Source: an uncultured bacterium
GTDB taxonomy: Bacteria; UBA8481
Direction: 5' to 3'
NCBI GenBank assembly: GCA_964499705.1
Contig: CAZCME010000003.1
Location: 124,001 to 188,000, forward strand
DNA length: 64,000 nucleotides
Each line of letters opens with the position of its first letter. Position 1 is the stretch's first letter. The position numbers were made by a program, and so were the translations under genes. Of this stretch, positions 51,065-59,968 are shown one piece after another. The notes beneath the pieces are model-generated. The model was given only the letters and a program-made list of their open reading frames with translations. It did not search any database and was not told the DNA's origin.

Positions 51065-51324
51065 ATCCCGACTTCTATCATTTCATGTCCGGCGCCATCA
51101 TGATGGGCTGCTGGGTCGTGGGTTTGTTCTTCATGCGGTTCTGGAAAAAAACCGCCGACCGCTTCTTCGCCTATTTCGCGATCGCCTTCTGGATCATCGC
51201 CCTCGAACGAGTCTGCCTCGTCTTCATCGACGTGACCGACGAATCGCGATCATGGGTCTACCTCATGCGCCTCGTGGCGTTTCTCCTCATTCTCTTCGCC
51301 GTCGCCGACAAAAACCGAAAATAG
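51061..51324 (+). CDS. Small 3-TM protein (DUF5985-like)
   Basis: SGAIMM...GLFFMRFWKKTADRFF..FA.AFW...RLVAFLLIL..DKNR; ATGA overlap. Confidence 0.75.
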   Translation: MNPDFYHFMSGAIMMGCWVVGLFFMRFWKKTADRFFAYFAIAFWIIALERVCLVFIDVTDESRSWVYLMRLVAFLLILFAVADKNRK

Positions 51325-51353
51325 GGGACATTTGTTCCATATCCGAAATTCTT

Positions 51354-51513
51354 TAACCACGAACCACACGAAAATAATGATGTATCGTCGCTCGTGACCG
51401 AAAACATATTCTCCCCAACAGCCTGATCTCGTTCTCGACAACATCTAAAAAATATCCAAAGTAAATGGAAAGAATCATCCTGACGTTCGTGTGGTTCGTG
51501 TGGTTCGTGGTTA
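51354..51513. repeat. Intergenic palindromic element (family D)
   Basis: Perfect 19-bp inverted repeat TAACCACGAACCACACGAA (51354-51372) / TTCGTGTGGTTCGTGGTTA (51495-51513) plus one extra 9-nt unit. Confidence 0.85.
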
Positions 51514-51552
51514 TTGATTTTAAAAATAGGGATATTGCGGGATCCGCCAGGT

Positions 51553-52254
51553 TCAAACCTGCAGATTGGCCAGAAACCCCGCCAGCAGCACCGCGGTTTC
51601 AGCTCGATATGTCTGCGCCCCTAAGGCGACAGCCCGGCTTCGGGCGCGCAGCAGCTCGTGTTCGCGCGGGGTCCATCCGCCCTCGGGACCTGCAAGGATG
51701 ATCTCGGGCGAGGCCTGCCGCAGGAAGGACGAGACGGATTCACCGGTGATGTCGAGATGAGCGCACCTTTCGAACCGTTCGAGGACCGCATCCAGGCTCA
51801 TCACGGGATCCAGCACCTGCGATCCCGCTCCGGTGCCGGATTGCAGCGCGGCCGCCTCGGCAATCCTCCGCCAGCGCTTCAATTTCTCCGGACTGCATTC
51901 ACGCGGGACGCTGCGGTCCGCCCGATAAGGCAGAATCCGCGCGACACCCGTCTCGCCGGCCTTCTCGATGGCCCAGTCCATCCGGTCCCCCTTGATGAAG
52001 GGAATGCCGAGCGTGATGGGAATCAGCTCGAACGCGGGCCGGGCCTCGCCCGTCAGCGCCACTTCGAGGTGATGCGGCGACAGCGCCGTGATCGTCCCCG
52101 TGTGTTCGCGTCCCTCGTCGTCGACGATGATGACGGGCTCCCCCTGCTTCAACCTGAGGACGTCGGCGATCTTATGAGCCGCGTCGGTCTGGAGCGTCAC
52201 TCGTTCGCCGAGGGGGCCGTGGTGCCGGATGCGCCGCGCGGACTTGATGCTCAT
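51553..52254 (-). CDS. rsmE: 16S rRNA m3U1498 methyltransferase
   Basis: VLRLKQG, IEKAGETGV, EAAALQS, GPEGG, YRAETA. Confidence 0.9.
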   Translation of the reverse strand: MSIKSARRIRHHGPLGERVTLQTDAAHKIADVLRLKQGEPVIIVDDEGREHTGTITALSPHHLEVALTGEARPAFELIPITLGIPFIKGDRMDWAIEKAGETGVARILPYRADRSVPRECSPEKLKRWRRIAEAAALQSGTGAGSQVLDPVMSLDAVLERFERCAHLDITGESVSSFLRQASPEIILAGPEGGWTPREHELLRARSRAVALGAQTYRAETAVLLAGFLANLQV

Positions 52255-52997
52255 CGCACTTCCAGCGTGACCCATTCGCCTTCGACGATCCGGCCTTTCA
52301 CTCCTTCCACGACGAAGGACTCCTCGGAGAGAATGCCGGAAAGGATGATCGTTCCGCCCGGCGCCAGCAGGGCGCGGAATTTCGGGACCAGGTGTTCCAG
52401 CACCGAGGTCTGGATGTTCGCCACGATCACGTCGAATGTGCTATCCGGCGGAACGTCGGTCCCCAAAAGCGTCAACCGAACCTTGTTGACATCCGCGTTC
52501 TTCCGGGCGATCTCCACGGCGACGGGATCGGAATCGGCCGCGACGACGTCGCGCGCTCCCAGAAGACAGGAGGCGATACCGAGGATGCCGGAGCCACATC
52601 CGAAGTCCAGTACGCGGTCGCCTTCCTTCACGTGCCGCGCCAGCATCGCGAGGCACCCGCGCGTCGTGGCGTGATCTCCCGTGCCGAAGGCCATCTCCGG
52701 TTCGATGACGATCATCTTCATTCCGGCCGGCGCTTCGTCGACAAGCCAGGGAGGCGCCACGAAGAAGGGGCCGACCCGGACGGACCGGACACGCCGTCTC
52801 CATTCCATCGACCAGTCCGTTTCTTCGATGGTCCGCAATTCCCCCTCCAGTTCGCCGGTGACACGGCTCAAATCCGCGTCCTCGGGAAACCAGGCGATGA
52901 TCCTGTCGCCTTCCTCCTGCATGCCCAGCGTCTTCATCTCGAAAAAAAGCGCCACGGCCGTTTCGGAATTTCGCGTCGTGAAGGTGAGATAGCGGAT
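52251..52997 (-). CDS. prmA: Ribosomal protein L11 methyltransferase; apparent start is ATC at 52997 (first standard start is GTG 52955)
   Basis: IEPEMAFGTGDHATT, VLDFGCGSGILGI, IVANI, LSGIL. Confidence 0.9.
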   Translation of the reverse strand: MRYLTFTTRNSETAVALFFEMKTLGMQEEGDRIIAWFPEDADLSRVTGELEGELRTIEETDWSMEWRRRVRSVRVGPFFVAPPWLVDEAPAGMKMIVIEPEMAFGTGDHATTRGCLAMLARHVKEGDRVLDFGCGSGILGIASCLLGARDVVAADSDPVAVEIARKNADVNKVRLTLLGTDVPPDSTFDVIVANIQTSVLEHLVPKFRALLAPGGTIILSGILSEESFVVEGVKGRIVEGEWVTLEVR

Positions 52998-53000
52998 GGA

Positions 53001-53870
53001 TTATTCCTCGGATCCGTCTTGAGGCGTGAGCGCCTCGCGCACCGCGATGATGCCGCCCAGCATGCCGATCGCGCAGGCGAAGAAGATCGAACCGGCCACG
53101 CGTTCCGGCGGCAGGAACTCCACCTCGAACCACGGGATCCCGGTCGCGGCGAACCGGTAGCCGGCGTAGAGAACCGCGAGTCCCAGGACGGAGCCGATGA
53201 TTCCGAGGAAGGCTCACTCGAAGATATGAGGCGCCCGGATCGTGAAATCGGTCGCGCCCAGGAGGCGCAGGATCCGGATCTCGCTCCGCCTCGCGTGCAC
53301 CGTCGCGCGGATGCCGTTCATCACGATGAGAAAGATGAAGAAGGCCATGATGCCCCCGATCCACCGCGTGAGCGTTTCCATGGTGCGCGCCAGCCTGTCG
53401 AGACGCTCGACGGTATCCTGGCCGAAGAGAACGTCGCTGACGCCCTTGATGGTCCGGATCTGGTTCGCCAGCGGCCGGGGGTCGGTCACATCGGAATTCA
53501 ACTGGACCTCGATGAACGCCGGAAATGGATTGGCTCCGAGCGCCTCCGTGATACCGGACGTCTTCTCGTCCCCCTGCTTTCTCCGGAAAAAGTCCAGCGC
53601 TTCATCCTTCGTGTAATGCCGCGTCTCCGCGACCCCGGTCATCTCCAGGATTTTTCCCGAGACGGTCATGCCGTCCGCATCGTCATGCAGCAGGACCTCG
53701 ATTTTCGACGCGGACCGGAACGTGTCGATGCCGACGTGGAGGTTATGGGAGAAGAGAAGGAAGCCCGCGAAGATGAGCATCGCGATCGAGACGGTCGTGA
53801 CGGCCATCAGGGTCCGGAATTTCCCGTCGCGCACCGAGGAACTCATTTCGCGCAGCGCGTAGAAGATCAT
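53001..53870 (-). CDS. ftsX: Cell division permease FtsX interrupted by in-frame TGA at 53214-53216
   Basis: NPFPAFIEV, NGIRATVHARRSEIRILRLLGAT..IRAPHIFE*AFLGIIGS; two further TM helices before TAA at 53001. Confidence 0.85.
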
Positions 53871-54580
53871 CGGATATCCGTCGTCAAGCCGCTGGCCGCG
53901 TTTCCTCTTGCCGCGACGAGGCGTCCGTTCCGAAGATACAGCACGGGTTGCCCGGAGGCATCGACGCGCTTGACGTCGTGCGTCGCGACGACGACCGTCG
54001 TCCCCTCCCTGTTAGCCGCCGCCAGGAGCGCGAAGATCTCCTCGGTGAGTTCCGGGTCGAGGTTGCCGGTCGGCTCGTCCGCCACGAGGAGTTCCGGCTC
54101 GATGACGAGCGCGCGGGCCATCGCGACGCGCTGCTTTTCCCCTCCCGAGAGCGAGACCGCGATCTTGTGCGCGTGATCCGTCATCTTCACCCGCGCCAGG
54201 GCCTCGCCCGCGCGGCGAAGCGCCTCGCTACGCGAAACGCCCGCGATCTCCAGGGCCAGCGCGACATTATCCCGCGCGGACTTGCGGAGAATGAGGTTGA
54301 AGTCCTGGTGCACGATCCCGATGTTGCGCCGCAGCATCGCGAGGCCGTGATGGTCGAGCCCGGAGATATTCTTTCCGCAGACGGTCGCTTCTCCGTCGTC
54401 CGCATGGCACTCTCCGTACAAGAGCCGCACCAGCGTCGATTTTCCCGCGCCGCTCGGCCCGGTCAGGAAGACAAACGCCCTCTCCTGGATGGCGAAGGTG
54501 ATGCCCGCCAGCGCCGGCCCTTCATCCTCGTCTCCCTCGAATGTCTTGGAGACACCCTGGAATCGAACGATCGTTTTCAT
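53867..54580 (-). CDS. ftsE: Cell division ATP-binding protein FtsE
   Basis: GPSGAGKST, LRRNIGIVHQDF, LSGGEKQRV, ADEPTGNLDP; adjacent to ftsX. Confidence 0.92.
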   Translation of the reverse strand: MKTIVRFQGVSKTFEGDEDEGPALAGITFAIQERAFVFLTGPSGAGKSTLVRLLYGECHADDGEATVCGKNISGLDHHGLAMLRRNIGIVHQDFNLILRKSARDNVALALEIAGVSRSEALRRAGEALARVKMTDHAHKIAVSLSGGEKQRVAMARALVIEPELLVADEPTGNLDPELTEEIFALLAAANREGTTVVVATHDVKRVDASGQPVLYLRNGRLVAARGNAASGLTTDIR

Positions 54581-55365
54581 CCGTCCAAGGTAGAGGACGA
54601 TGCCGGAAATTGCAAGATGGCGGCGGCGACCGCGTCGCTTCCTCCGCGCTTGAATTTCCGGATCAGGCCGGTCCCGATGAGTACGGCGTCGTAACCGGCC
54701 GGCACTTCCGCTGCTTTCTCATATCCGGATTCGGCGACACGGATCACGCCTTCGGGAATCATGGCATGCAGCTCCTGTGAAAGCCCGGTGTCCGTCCGAT
54801 AATCCCCCGCGGCCAGGTTCCGATTGTTGATGCCGATGATGCCGGCCTCGCGCGGTATCTTGAGGAGATCCTCCCGCGCATGCGCCTCATACAGCACATC
54901 GAGCCCCAGGGCTTCCGCGTGCGCCCCAAGTTCCGCCAGTTCCTCCGCCGGGAGGAACGTCGCGATGAGAAGGATGGCGTCCGCGCCCAGGATGCAGGCC
55001 TCGTCGATCTGTTCCTTCGAGAGCGTGAAATCCTTCCGGAGGATCGGGAGATCCGTCTTCTTCGCCAGGCGCTCGAGTTCGCCCGCGCTCATCCTGAAAT
55101 GGGAATCCGTCAAGATCGAGAGCGCATCGACTCCGGCCGAAATATAGGCCGCGAGCAGCGCATCGATGTCGACGCCGAGATCGCCGGTCGATGGCGAGGA
55201 CCGCTTGATCTCCGCGATGACCGAAAGCCCCGGCTTCGCCAGCGCCGCGCGGAAGGATCGGCGCTCGCGGATTCGCGGACGCCCGGACCACGTCCTGTCC
55301 GCTCGAAGCTCCGCGATCTCCTCTCGCTTCCTCGCGAGAATCTCCTCGATGGAAACGGGCTTCAT
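54577..55365 (-). CDS. trpC: Indole-3-glycerol phosphate synthase
   Basis: IAEIKRSSPS, LSILTD, PILRKDF, GADAILLI, IGINNRNL, VAESG. Confidence 0.93.
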   Translation of the reverse strand: MKPVSIEEILARKREEIAELRADRTWSGRPRIRERRSFRAALAKPGLSVIAEIKRSSPSTGDLGVDIDALLAAYISAGVDALSILTDSHFRMSAGELERLAKKTDLPILRKDFTLSKEQIDEACILGADAILLIATFLPAEELAELGAHAEALGLDVLYEAHAREDLLKIPREAGIIGINNRNLAAGDYRTDTGLSQELHAMIPEGVIRVAESGYEKAAEVPAGYDAVLIGTGLIRKFKRGGSDAVAAAILQFPASSSTLDG

Positions 55366-56720
55366 GCCGCGTCGAGCCGGTGCGAGATGGATCGGATGTC
55401 GCTCATCAGGACGGAGGTATATCTCCAGAGCGTGACGAACGCCAGCGCGATGAGACCGTACGCCAGCGCGGCGGCGATGTCCTCTTCGTGGCGCTGAGCG
55501 GTCGCGTCGAGAAAATCCAGGTAGCTTTCCAGGAAGAGCCCGAACCCGAGGATCGCCCACGTCACCTTCATCGTGCCGCACCCGTAATTCACGACGAGCG
55601 GCGGAAGCGACGCGAGGATGACGAGATCGAGAACGAGGATCGCCTGCCCGACGGTCTCCGCGCCCGGAATCACGGTCATGCCCTCTACAGGTTGGACAAT
55701 GGCGACGATGATGAAGACGATCGACGCGAAGGCGATGGCGGTTATGAACATCACCATCGTCTGCGCGATCTCGAATCCCCATCGCATGTACTGGCGCAGG
55801 ATGAAGAGGCACGACAGGACGAGCGACGTTCGTGAAAAGAGCCGGATTCCCTGCAGGGTGGTCGCTTCCAGTTGTTCCCTGTACAGGTGAGCCATCGCCG
55901 TCGGGACGAGCGCGAGGAACAGGAGCACCAGGAATGTCCGAATGTTCCTGGCTTCGAAGTGGAAAATGAGGATGAGAAGAAAAGCGCACGAGAGGAGGAT
56001 CGAAGCCGGGATGAGAAAGCGATGGAAGATGAGGAAGTTTTTCGGGGAGAGAAGGAGCGGAGGCAATACGGCCGCGGGAAGAAGAAGGAGGATGCCGTTC
56101 CGGACAAGAGATCCGATTTCCCGGTAGGAGAACTCGTTCTCGGGATCTCGTTTCGCCGCGAGCCCGGCGTGGAGAAACAGCGGGCCGGCCGCCGTGCCGA
56201 GCGCTTCCAATCCCATCGGCTCATGGCTGAGCCGGCGCGCGAACGTGAGGAGGAACATGAGGAGCGCGGCGGCGAGCGTGCCGTTGAAGATGGTGTGCAT
56301 CTTCAGGATGGTGGATTCGTCGCGGGCGTTGCCTTTCATGAGCGAGATGGAGACCGGCAGGATGAGCCAGAGCAGGACCGCGATGAACGGTCCGGCTCCG
56401 GGGATGAGCGCGAGAAGGCTCAGGCCGTAGAAGGCGCGATGCCATTTTCCCTGGAGAATGTAGTGCACGACGGAGAGGCCGAATGTGGCGGCCAGGGCGT
56501 TGGCGAGCGCGGAGAGGGACAGCAGCATGTCGAGCTCGGGGATCGGGAGCAGGGGCGAGGCGGTCCAGTGCAGGAGGAGCAGGAGGATCGACGCGGCCGC
56601 GGCCGCGACCTGCGCCAGCAGCACGGAGCGGATGCGTCGGGATTCGGGCGCGACGGAGATGCGAACGCCGACGAAGAAGAGGAGAGCGAGGGAACAGACC
56701 GTCACTATGGCGAGACTCAC
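55362..56720 (-). CDS. Hypothetical polytopic membrane protein
   Basis: About 12-14 hydrophobic segments; overlaps both neighbours by 4 nt. Confidence 0.65.
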   Translation of the reverse strand: MSLAIVTVCSLALLFFVGVRISVAPESRRIRSVLLAQVAAAAASILLLLLHWTASPLLPIPELDMLLSLSALANALAATFGLSVVHYILQGKWHRAFYGLSLLALIPGAGPFIAVLLWLILPVSISLMKGNARDESTILKMHTIFNGTLAAALLMFLLTFARRLSHEPMGLEALGTAAGPLFLHAGLAAKRDPENEFSYREIGSLVRNGILLLLPAAVLPPLLLSPKNFLIFHRFLIPASILLSCAFLLILIFHFEARNIRTFLVLLFLALVPTAMAHLYREQLEATTLQGIRLFSRTSLVLSCLFILRQYMRWGFEIAQTMVMFITAIAFASIVFIIVAIVQPVEGMTVIPGAETVGQAILVLDLVILASLPPLVVNYGCGTMKVTWAILGFGLFLESYLDFLDATAQRHEEDIAAALAYGLIALAFVTLWRYTSVLMSDIRSISHRLDAA

Positions 56721-58264
56721 GGCCTGGACAGAGCCTCCTCGCAGGCCGCGACGAGCCCTTCGAGCGACGAGGCCCGCGCGGTGACCGGCTCGAATCCATG
56801 CTCCACGATGGCCGCGGACGTGATCGGTCCGATCGAGACGAGAGGCACGCCGTCGAGCAGGGCGCGCTCACCGGCGGAGCTCATGAAATTCTTCACCGCC
56901 GCCGCGGATCCGAAGAGGATCGCGTCCACATCGTGCTTATCGAGGCAGCCGCGCAGCTCGCTCATGTCCGCGGGTATGGCTTCGTAGACCGGGACGACAT
57001 TCACGGCGTCGCCGAGATGCTTCACGATCACATCGCGCGCATCCTTCGCGCGCGGAAAGAGGAACCTGCGGTTCGCCGGATCGCCGAGCGCCGCGCACAG
57101 GCCTTCGCCGGTCGCGTGCCCGGGCACGATGTCGACACGGAGCCCCATCGCGGAACGGATCTTCTCCGCGGTCGAGGAGCCGATGGCGGAGATCTTCAGG
57201 CCCGCGAATGCCCGGCCGTCGAGTTCCAGCGCTTCGAGCCGGTCGGCGACGATGCCGACGGCGTTCTGCGACGTGAAGATGATGTCGGTATACCGGTTCA
57301 ACGCGCGAAGCTCGCGGTCGAGGTCATCCGCCGGAAGTCTCTTCAGCGCGACTCCCGGGGCTTCCAGCACGGCTGCTCCGCGATCGCGCAGCATGCGGGC
57401 GAGCCTGGAATCGTCGTTACGCGCGCGGGTCACGACGACTCTCTTGCCGAAGAGCGGGCGCGATTCGAACCAGTTGATCCGCTGCCGCACCTGGACGACT
57501 TCGCCGATGATGAAGACGGCCGGTGAACTGATTCCGGACGAAGCGGCCTTTTCCGCCATGTGAGCGAGGGTCGACACGACGGACCGCTGGTTCGATCTTG
57601 TGCCCCACTGGATGACGGCAGCCGGCGTTTCCGGATCGCGGCCCAGCCGGATCAGCTCGGCGCTGATCTCCTCGATCTTCGACGCGCTCATCATGAAGAC
57701 GAGCGTCCCCTTCAGTTGTGCCAGCGCGGCGAACTCGGGGCCGCGCGTCAGGATGTCCGCGCCGTGGGACGGATCGCGCATGCCTGTGATGAACGTGACC
57801 GAATCGGCCATGCCTCGATGCGTCACGGGAATTCCGGCGTACGCGGGAACGGCGATGGCGGAGGAAATGCCGGGGATCACATCGAACGGGAGGCCCGCGG
57901 CGGCGAGAGCCAGCGCTTCTTCGCCGCCCCGGCCGAAGACGAACGGATCTCCGCCCTTCAATCTCACGATGACGCTCGATGTCGTGGAACCTTCGGTCAC
58001 GAGGAGCCTGTTGATCGCGTCCTGCGACGTCGCGGCGGCGTGTCGAGTGGTCACGGTCCGGGCCGGCGGATCGGATTGGAAGGCCGAGCCTTCACGACCG
58101 CGCTTGCCCACGTAGATTTTCCGGGCCTCCGCGCGCACGAGGGCCATGATCTCGTCGCTGACGAGCGCGTCGTACACGACGACGTCGGCCTGCCTGATCA
58201 GTTCCAGGGCCCGTACGGTGAGAAGGCCCGGATCGCCCGGCCCGGCTCCGACGAGATGGATCAA
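56717..58264 (-). CDS. cobA: Uroporphyrinogen-III C-methyltransferase/synthase fusion (CobA-HemD)
   Basis: LVGAGPGDPGLLT, RLKGGDPFVFGRGGEE; PLFGKRVVVTR, IFTSQNAV, SIGPIT. Confidence 0.93.
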   Translation of the reverse strand: MIHLVGAGPGDPGLLTVRALELIRQADVVVYDALVSDEIMALVRAEARKIYVGKRGREGSAFQSDPPARTVTTRHAAATSQDAINRLLVTEGSTTSSVIVRLKGGDPFVFGRGGEEALALAAAGLPFDVIPGISSAIAVPAYAGIPVTHRGMADSVTFITGMRDPSHGADILTRGPEFAALAQLKGTLVFMMSASKIEEISAELIRLGRDPETPAAVIQWGTRSNQRSVVSTLAHMAEKAASSGISSPAVFIIGEVVQVRQRINWFESRPLFGKRVVVTRARNDDSRLARMLRDRGAAVLEAPGVALKRLPADDLDRELRALNRYTDIIFTSQNAVGIVADRLEALELDGRAFAGLKISAIGSSTAEKIRSAMGLRVDIVPGHATGEGLCAALGDPANRRFLFPRAKDARDVIVKHLGDAVNVVPVYEAIPADMSELRGCLDKHDVDAILFGSAAAVKNFMSSAGERALLDGVPLVSIGPITSAAIVEHGFEPVTARASSLEGLVAACEEALSRP

Positions 58265-59130
58265 CGAAGCTCCGCTACCGCGCGTTCGACTGCTTCATCG
58301 AGATCGGGGGAGAGCACATCGCAGCGCCGGAATCGTCCTCCGATATCCGCCGCCGCGACGATCCGCCACCCGGGCAGCACGATCGCTCCCAGCGCGAGAT
58401 GACATCCTCCGCCCATCGCCGCGAGAATTTTCCTTTCCGCGTCCGCAGCCCGCCGGCTGGGTTCATGATCCAGCACGCGAACTTTCTCCGCGACGTCTTT
58501 TCGCGCGACCTGGATCGCGAGCGCTCCCTGCGCCGGCGCGGAAGGAAAAATCTCGAACGCCAGGGATTCTCTCTCGCGATCGATGCCCATGCGACGGAGA
58601 CCCGCGGCGGCGCAGATCAGCCCGTCGGCGAGCCCCTCGTCGATTTTCCGGAGGCGGGTATCCACGTTGCCGCGGATCGGCACGATCTCGATATCGGGCC
58701 GGCATGCTCTCAGAAAAGCCATGCGCCGCGGGCTCGATGTCGCCACGCGCGCTTTGTCAGGAAGCGAGGATAACGTCGAGCCGGCTCGCCGCGCCGACGG
58801 GACGAAGACATCGCGCGGATCCTCGCGCTCCGGCACCGCGGCCAGCATGAGCTCGATCGCGCCGCTCGCGCGATTTTCCACGGGCAGATCCTTCATCGAA
58901 TGCACCGCGATGTCGGCGACGCCGTCGAAGAGAGCTTTCTCCACTTCGCGCGTGAAGACGCCCGGCGTCGACATCCGCGCGAGCGACGTGTTCTGATCGC
59001 GGTCGCCCTCCGTGGAAACGATGTGCAGCTCGGCCTCGATACCGGCCTTTTCCAGGAGCATCCTGGCGACCCATTCGGACTGGACTCGCGCGAGCCGGGA
59101 ACCTCGCGTGGCGATCTTCAAGGGAGTCAT
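58261..59130 (-). CDS. hemC: Hydroxymethylbilane synthase
   Basis: IATRGSRLA, DIAVHSMKDLP, TSSPRR, IRGNVDTRL, GGGC. Confidence 0.95.
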   Translation of the reverse strand: MTPLKIATRGSRLARVQSEWVARMLLEKAGIEAELHIVSTEGDRDQNTSLARMSTPGVFTREVEKALFDGVADIAVHSMKDLPVENRASGAIELMLAAVPEREDPRDVFVPSARRAGSTLSSLPDKARVATSSPRRMAFLRACRPDIEIVPIRGNVDTRLRKIDEGLADGLICAAAGLRRMGIDRERESLAFEIFPSAPAQGALAIQVARKDVAEKVRVLDHEPSRRAADAERKILAAMGGGCHLALGAIVLPGWRIVAAADIGGRFRRCDVLSPDLDEAVERAVAELR

Positions 59131-59133
59131 CGG

Positions 59134-59961
59134 CTACCTGTTCTTTCCGCGGCTCGCGGAAGCAACCTTCCACGCGACGCAATCTTCCAGAAAGTCCCTG
59201 ATCATCCTGAGCTCGTTCACGGGCAAGGGGGAGATCGATTCCTTCATCCTGTCCGCCAGAAATCGCAGACTCGATTCATCATTATACTTCGACGCGATTC
59301 CGCGCTGCAATTCTTCGAGCGTCCTTCCGGATTCGACGCCGGGATCTCCGCCTAGGACCGTTTCCACGCGCTTCCTGATCCGTTCCGCTTCCAGGCCGAC
59401 GAGGGTCTCCAGGGCCGCGGGGTACGAGCGCTTCATCTCCTCGCGCATCATCCTTTCGAGATCTCCCGCGGAGAACCGGTAGTGCGCCTGCGCGCAGGTG
59501 CCGCTCAGCTCGAACGCGATCTCGCAGGATCGTTCCGTATCTGCGGGCTCGCCGATGACGGCGATGTCCGAACGGAGATCGGTGGCATCGAGACATCCCG
59601 CTTCGAGAAAATGCCGCGTCATGCCGTGGGAACCGCCGACGATCCTGCCGCGCAATTCGCCGAAGATTTTCCGTGCGACGCGCAGTGCTTCGCGGGGCCA
59701 CCCGAGATCCCGGGGAAGTCCCTGGTCCTTCCTGATTCGCCTCGCGGAGCGAATCGCTTCCCGCAACGCCACCGCCCCGGCGTAGTCCTTCGGAATCAGT
59801 TCGGCGGCGAGCGCCGCCGCGTCCGCTTCCGCCGACGGCGCGTCGAAATAACCGGTGACGCCGATGCCGAGAAATCGCTTCAGGAGGCTTTCGGCGTCGA
59901 TCGCCGGGACATCCTTGCGGGATGCCGTCGGTCCGGCCCGTCGAGGTTGCTCCGTGATCAT
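59134..59961 (-). CDS. Degenerate glutamyl-tRNA reductase-like protein
   Basis: AIRSARRIRKDQGL...ALRVARKIFGELRGR and FSAGDLERMMREEMKR resemble HemA segments; canonical hemA position; no STCNR or GAGE motif. Confidence 0.6.
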   Translation of the reverse strand: MITEQPRRAGPTASRKDVPAIDAESLLKRFLGIGVTGYFDAPSAEADAAALAAELIPKDYAGAVALREAIRSARRIRKDQGLPRDLGWPREALRVARKIFGELRGRIVGGSHGMTRHFLEAGCLDATDLRSDIAVIGEPADTERSCEIAFELSGTCAQAHYRFSAGDLERMMREEMKRSYPAALETLVGLEAERIRKRVETVLGGDPGVESGRTLEELQRGIASKYNDESSLRFLADRMKESISPLPVNELRMIRDFLEDCVAWKVASASRGKNR

Positions 59962-59968
59962 GCGCGCC

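Noticed and set aside
53214-53216. Genome-wide TGA=Gly recoding or selenocysteine
   Set aside because: TGA terminates many genes here, often in ATGA overlaps, and the aligned residue is Gly rather than Cys.
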